A stretch of 64,000 bases of DNA from Macrostomum lignano (lineage: Eukaryota), in assembly GCA_002269645.1 (NCBI GenBank), contig NIVC01000240.1, positions 1 to 64,000 of the forward strand, given 5' to 3'. This document shows, one piece after another, positions 62,628-64,000 of this stretch (position 1 is its first letter; each line of letters opens with the position of its first letter). The notes beneath the pieces were generated by a model that searched no databases, was not told where the DNA came from, and was given only the letters and a program-made list of their open reading frames with translations. The position numbers and the translations under genes are program-made.

Positions 62628-63001
62628 CTCCAATAAAAAATCGTGGCTATGCCCCCTGCTTGCTGGGGATCAATGGATAGAATAGAAGGAAGGATACAAG
62701 ATACTATCAGGTAAAGTGGCTCGCTTGATGAAGAGTAGATAAATAAAGGTAAATATCAACATGAAGCATCGGCAACTTAAATAAGTAAATAACTAACTTC
62801 ATGTTGATATTTACCTTTATTTATCTACAAGATACTATGAATACTTGGCGTTTTGCGTCTAAATTGCCTCCCTTAGCGACTTCAAATTATGGTTTTTGTT
62901 CTACGCACGGGTCCCATTCGAGTGTCAGCAGATCTACCGTTGATTTTTAATCGCCCGAAACTCACCATGTCTCACCATCAGCTCCTCCGTACCGTTCGCA
63001 G

Positions 63002-63185
63002 GCACCACGGCGCCGACCTGATCCTGCTGCTGCCGGAGACGCCGGCCAGCTTCAAGCGGCACAAATATGTCGTTTATAAACGGCCCGGCCTGGACCGCTT
63101 TTTGCTCGAGCTGGACCGGCTGGGATTCGAATGCGTGGCCTACAGCTCGGCCACACTGCAGCTGGCCTCGTGTCTAGTGTCCCAG
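63002..63185 (+). CDS. SCP/FCP1-like phosphatase exon 2
   Basis: ttcgcag|G ...KYVVYKRPGLDRFL...FECVAYSSA. Donor CAG|GTGTGT. Confidence 0.82.
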
Positions 63186-63193
63186 GTGTGTAG

Positions 63194-63723
63194 CTACCGG
63201 GAATCCGGTACCGGTTACTGGGAATCGGGTACCGGTTACTGGGAATCGGGTACCGGTTACTGGGATTCGGGTACCGGTTACTGGGAATCGGGTACCGGTT
63301 ACTGGGAATCGGGTACCGGTTACTGGGAATCGGGTACCGGTTACTGGGAATCGGGTACCGGTTACTGGGAATCGGGTACCGGTTACTGGGATTCGGGTAC
63401 CGGTTACTGGGAATCGGGTACCGGTTACTGGGATTCGGGTACCGGTTACTGGGAATCGGGTACCGGTTACTGGGATTCGGGTACCGGTTACTGGGAATCG
63501 GGTACCGGTTACTGGGATTCGGGTACCGGTTACTGGGAATCGGGTACCGGTTACTGGGATTCGGGTACCGGTTACTGGGAATCGGGTACCCGTTACTGGG
63601 AATCGGGTACCGGTTACTGGGATTCGGGTACCGGTTACTGGGAATCGGGTACCGGTTACTGGGATTCGGGTACCGGTTACTGGGAATCGGGTACCGGTTA
63701 CTGGGAATGGGGTACCGGTTACT
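63194..63723. repeat. 21-bp minisatellite filling phosphatase intron 2
   Basis: Unit GGTACCGGTTACTGGGA(A/T)TCG. Confidence 0.95.
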
Positions 63724-63887
63724 TCAGTACCTAAGGTATAGCAGCTATACCTATACCTAAAAAGCTAGGTTTCCTCCAAAAGGATGTTGCTCTTCATTCA
63801 AAATCACCTCAACCTCACTGCTTCAAGTGAAACATAGCCATTTGTTTTTGCGTCGAAAAATGATCAGCAACTAATTATGTTAATTAG

Positions 63888-64000
63888 GTCGACCGAGACG
63901 GCATCATCGCCAGCGTGCTCGCCCGTAAGGCCTGCACCTGGACCGGCCCCTCCGCCCAGCCGCTGCTATTCAAAGACATTGACGCCATCGGGCGCGACCC
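63888..64000 (+). CDS. SCP/FCP1-like phosphatase exon 3 (truncated by window edge)
   Basis: attag|VDRDGIIASVLARKAC...FKDIDAIGRD (cf. LD....RLFRESC...KDLS.LGRD). Confidence 0.82.

Noticed and set aside
97-63723. Tandem arrays as CRISPR arrays
   Set aside because: Units are contiguous with no unique spacers, no cas genes are present, and the context is spliced eukaryotic genes.
63186-63734. YWESGTG repeat protein tail of ORF 62889-63734
   Set aside because: The GT donor at 63186 and AG acceptor at 63887 restore the phosphatase domain, so the repeat is intronic.
61903-64000. TIMM50 assignment
   Set aside because: No visible presequence or TM helix, and motifs (FECV, KD...GRD, DLxxT) are closer to SCP-type phosphatases. 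No symbol given.

Overview
Animal (invertebrate) genomic DNA, not prokaryotic. GC-rich exons with poly-Q/poly-G runs, minisatellite-filled introns and splice acceptors just before ATGs suggest a trans-splicing flatworm such as Macrostomum (inference only). Genes: CSE1L/exportin-2 (minus, runs off the left edge), an orphan 3xC2H2 zinc-finger exon, PDCL3 (minus, 4 exons), ARFGAP1 (plus, 5 exons, 18-kb first intron), SSX2IP-like (plus), two tandem intronless DNPH1/Rcl-like nucleotide N-glycosidases with altered active-site motifs (minus), and a divergent SCP/FCP1-family phosphatase (plus, runs off the right edge). Mobile DNA: a Ngaro/PAT-type split-direct-repeat retroelement with a SAP-motif gag and no tyrosine recombinase, a mariner, a Tc1 fragment, an RNase H-bearing LINE 3' end, three CORE-type tRNA SINEs and several 8-bp-TSD MITEs. 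Main signal: a ~31-kb domain (~13.3-45 kb) around the head-to-head PDCL3/ARFGAP1 5' ends. Repeat copies there have lost CpG and also converted CpA/TpG to TpA, a RIP-like spectrum seen in four independent internal paralog comparisons, and host exons inside it use A/T-ending codons. Several single-base deletions in conserved exons suggest imperfect assembly consensus, so frameshifts should be treated cautiously.
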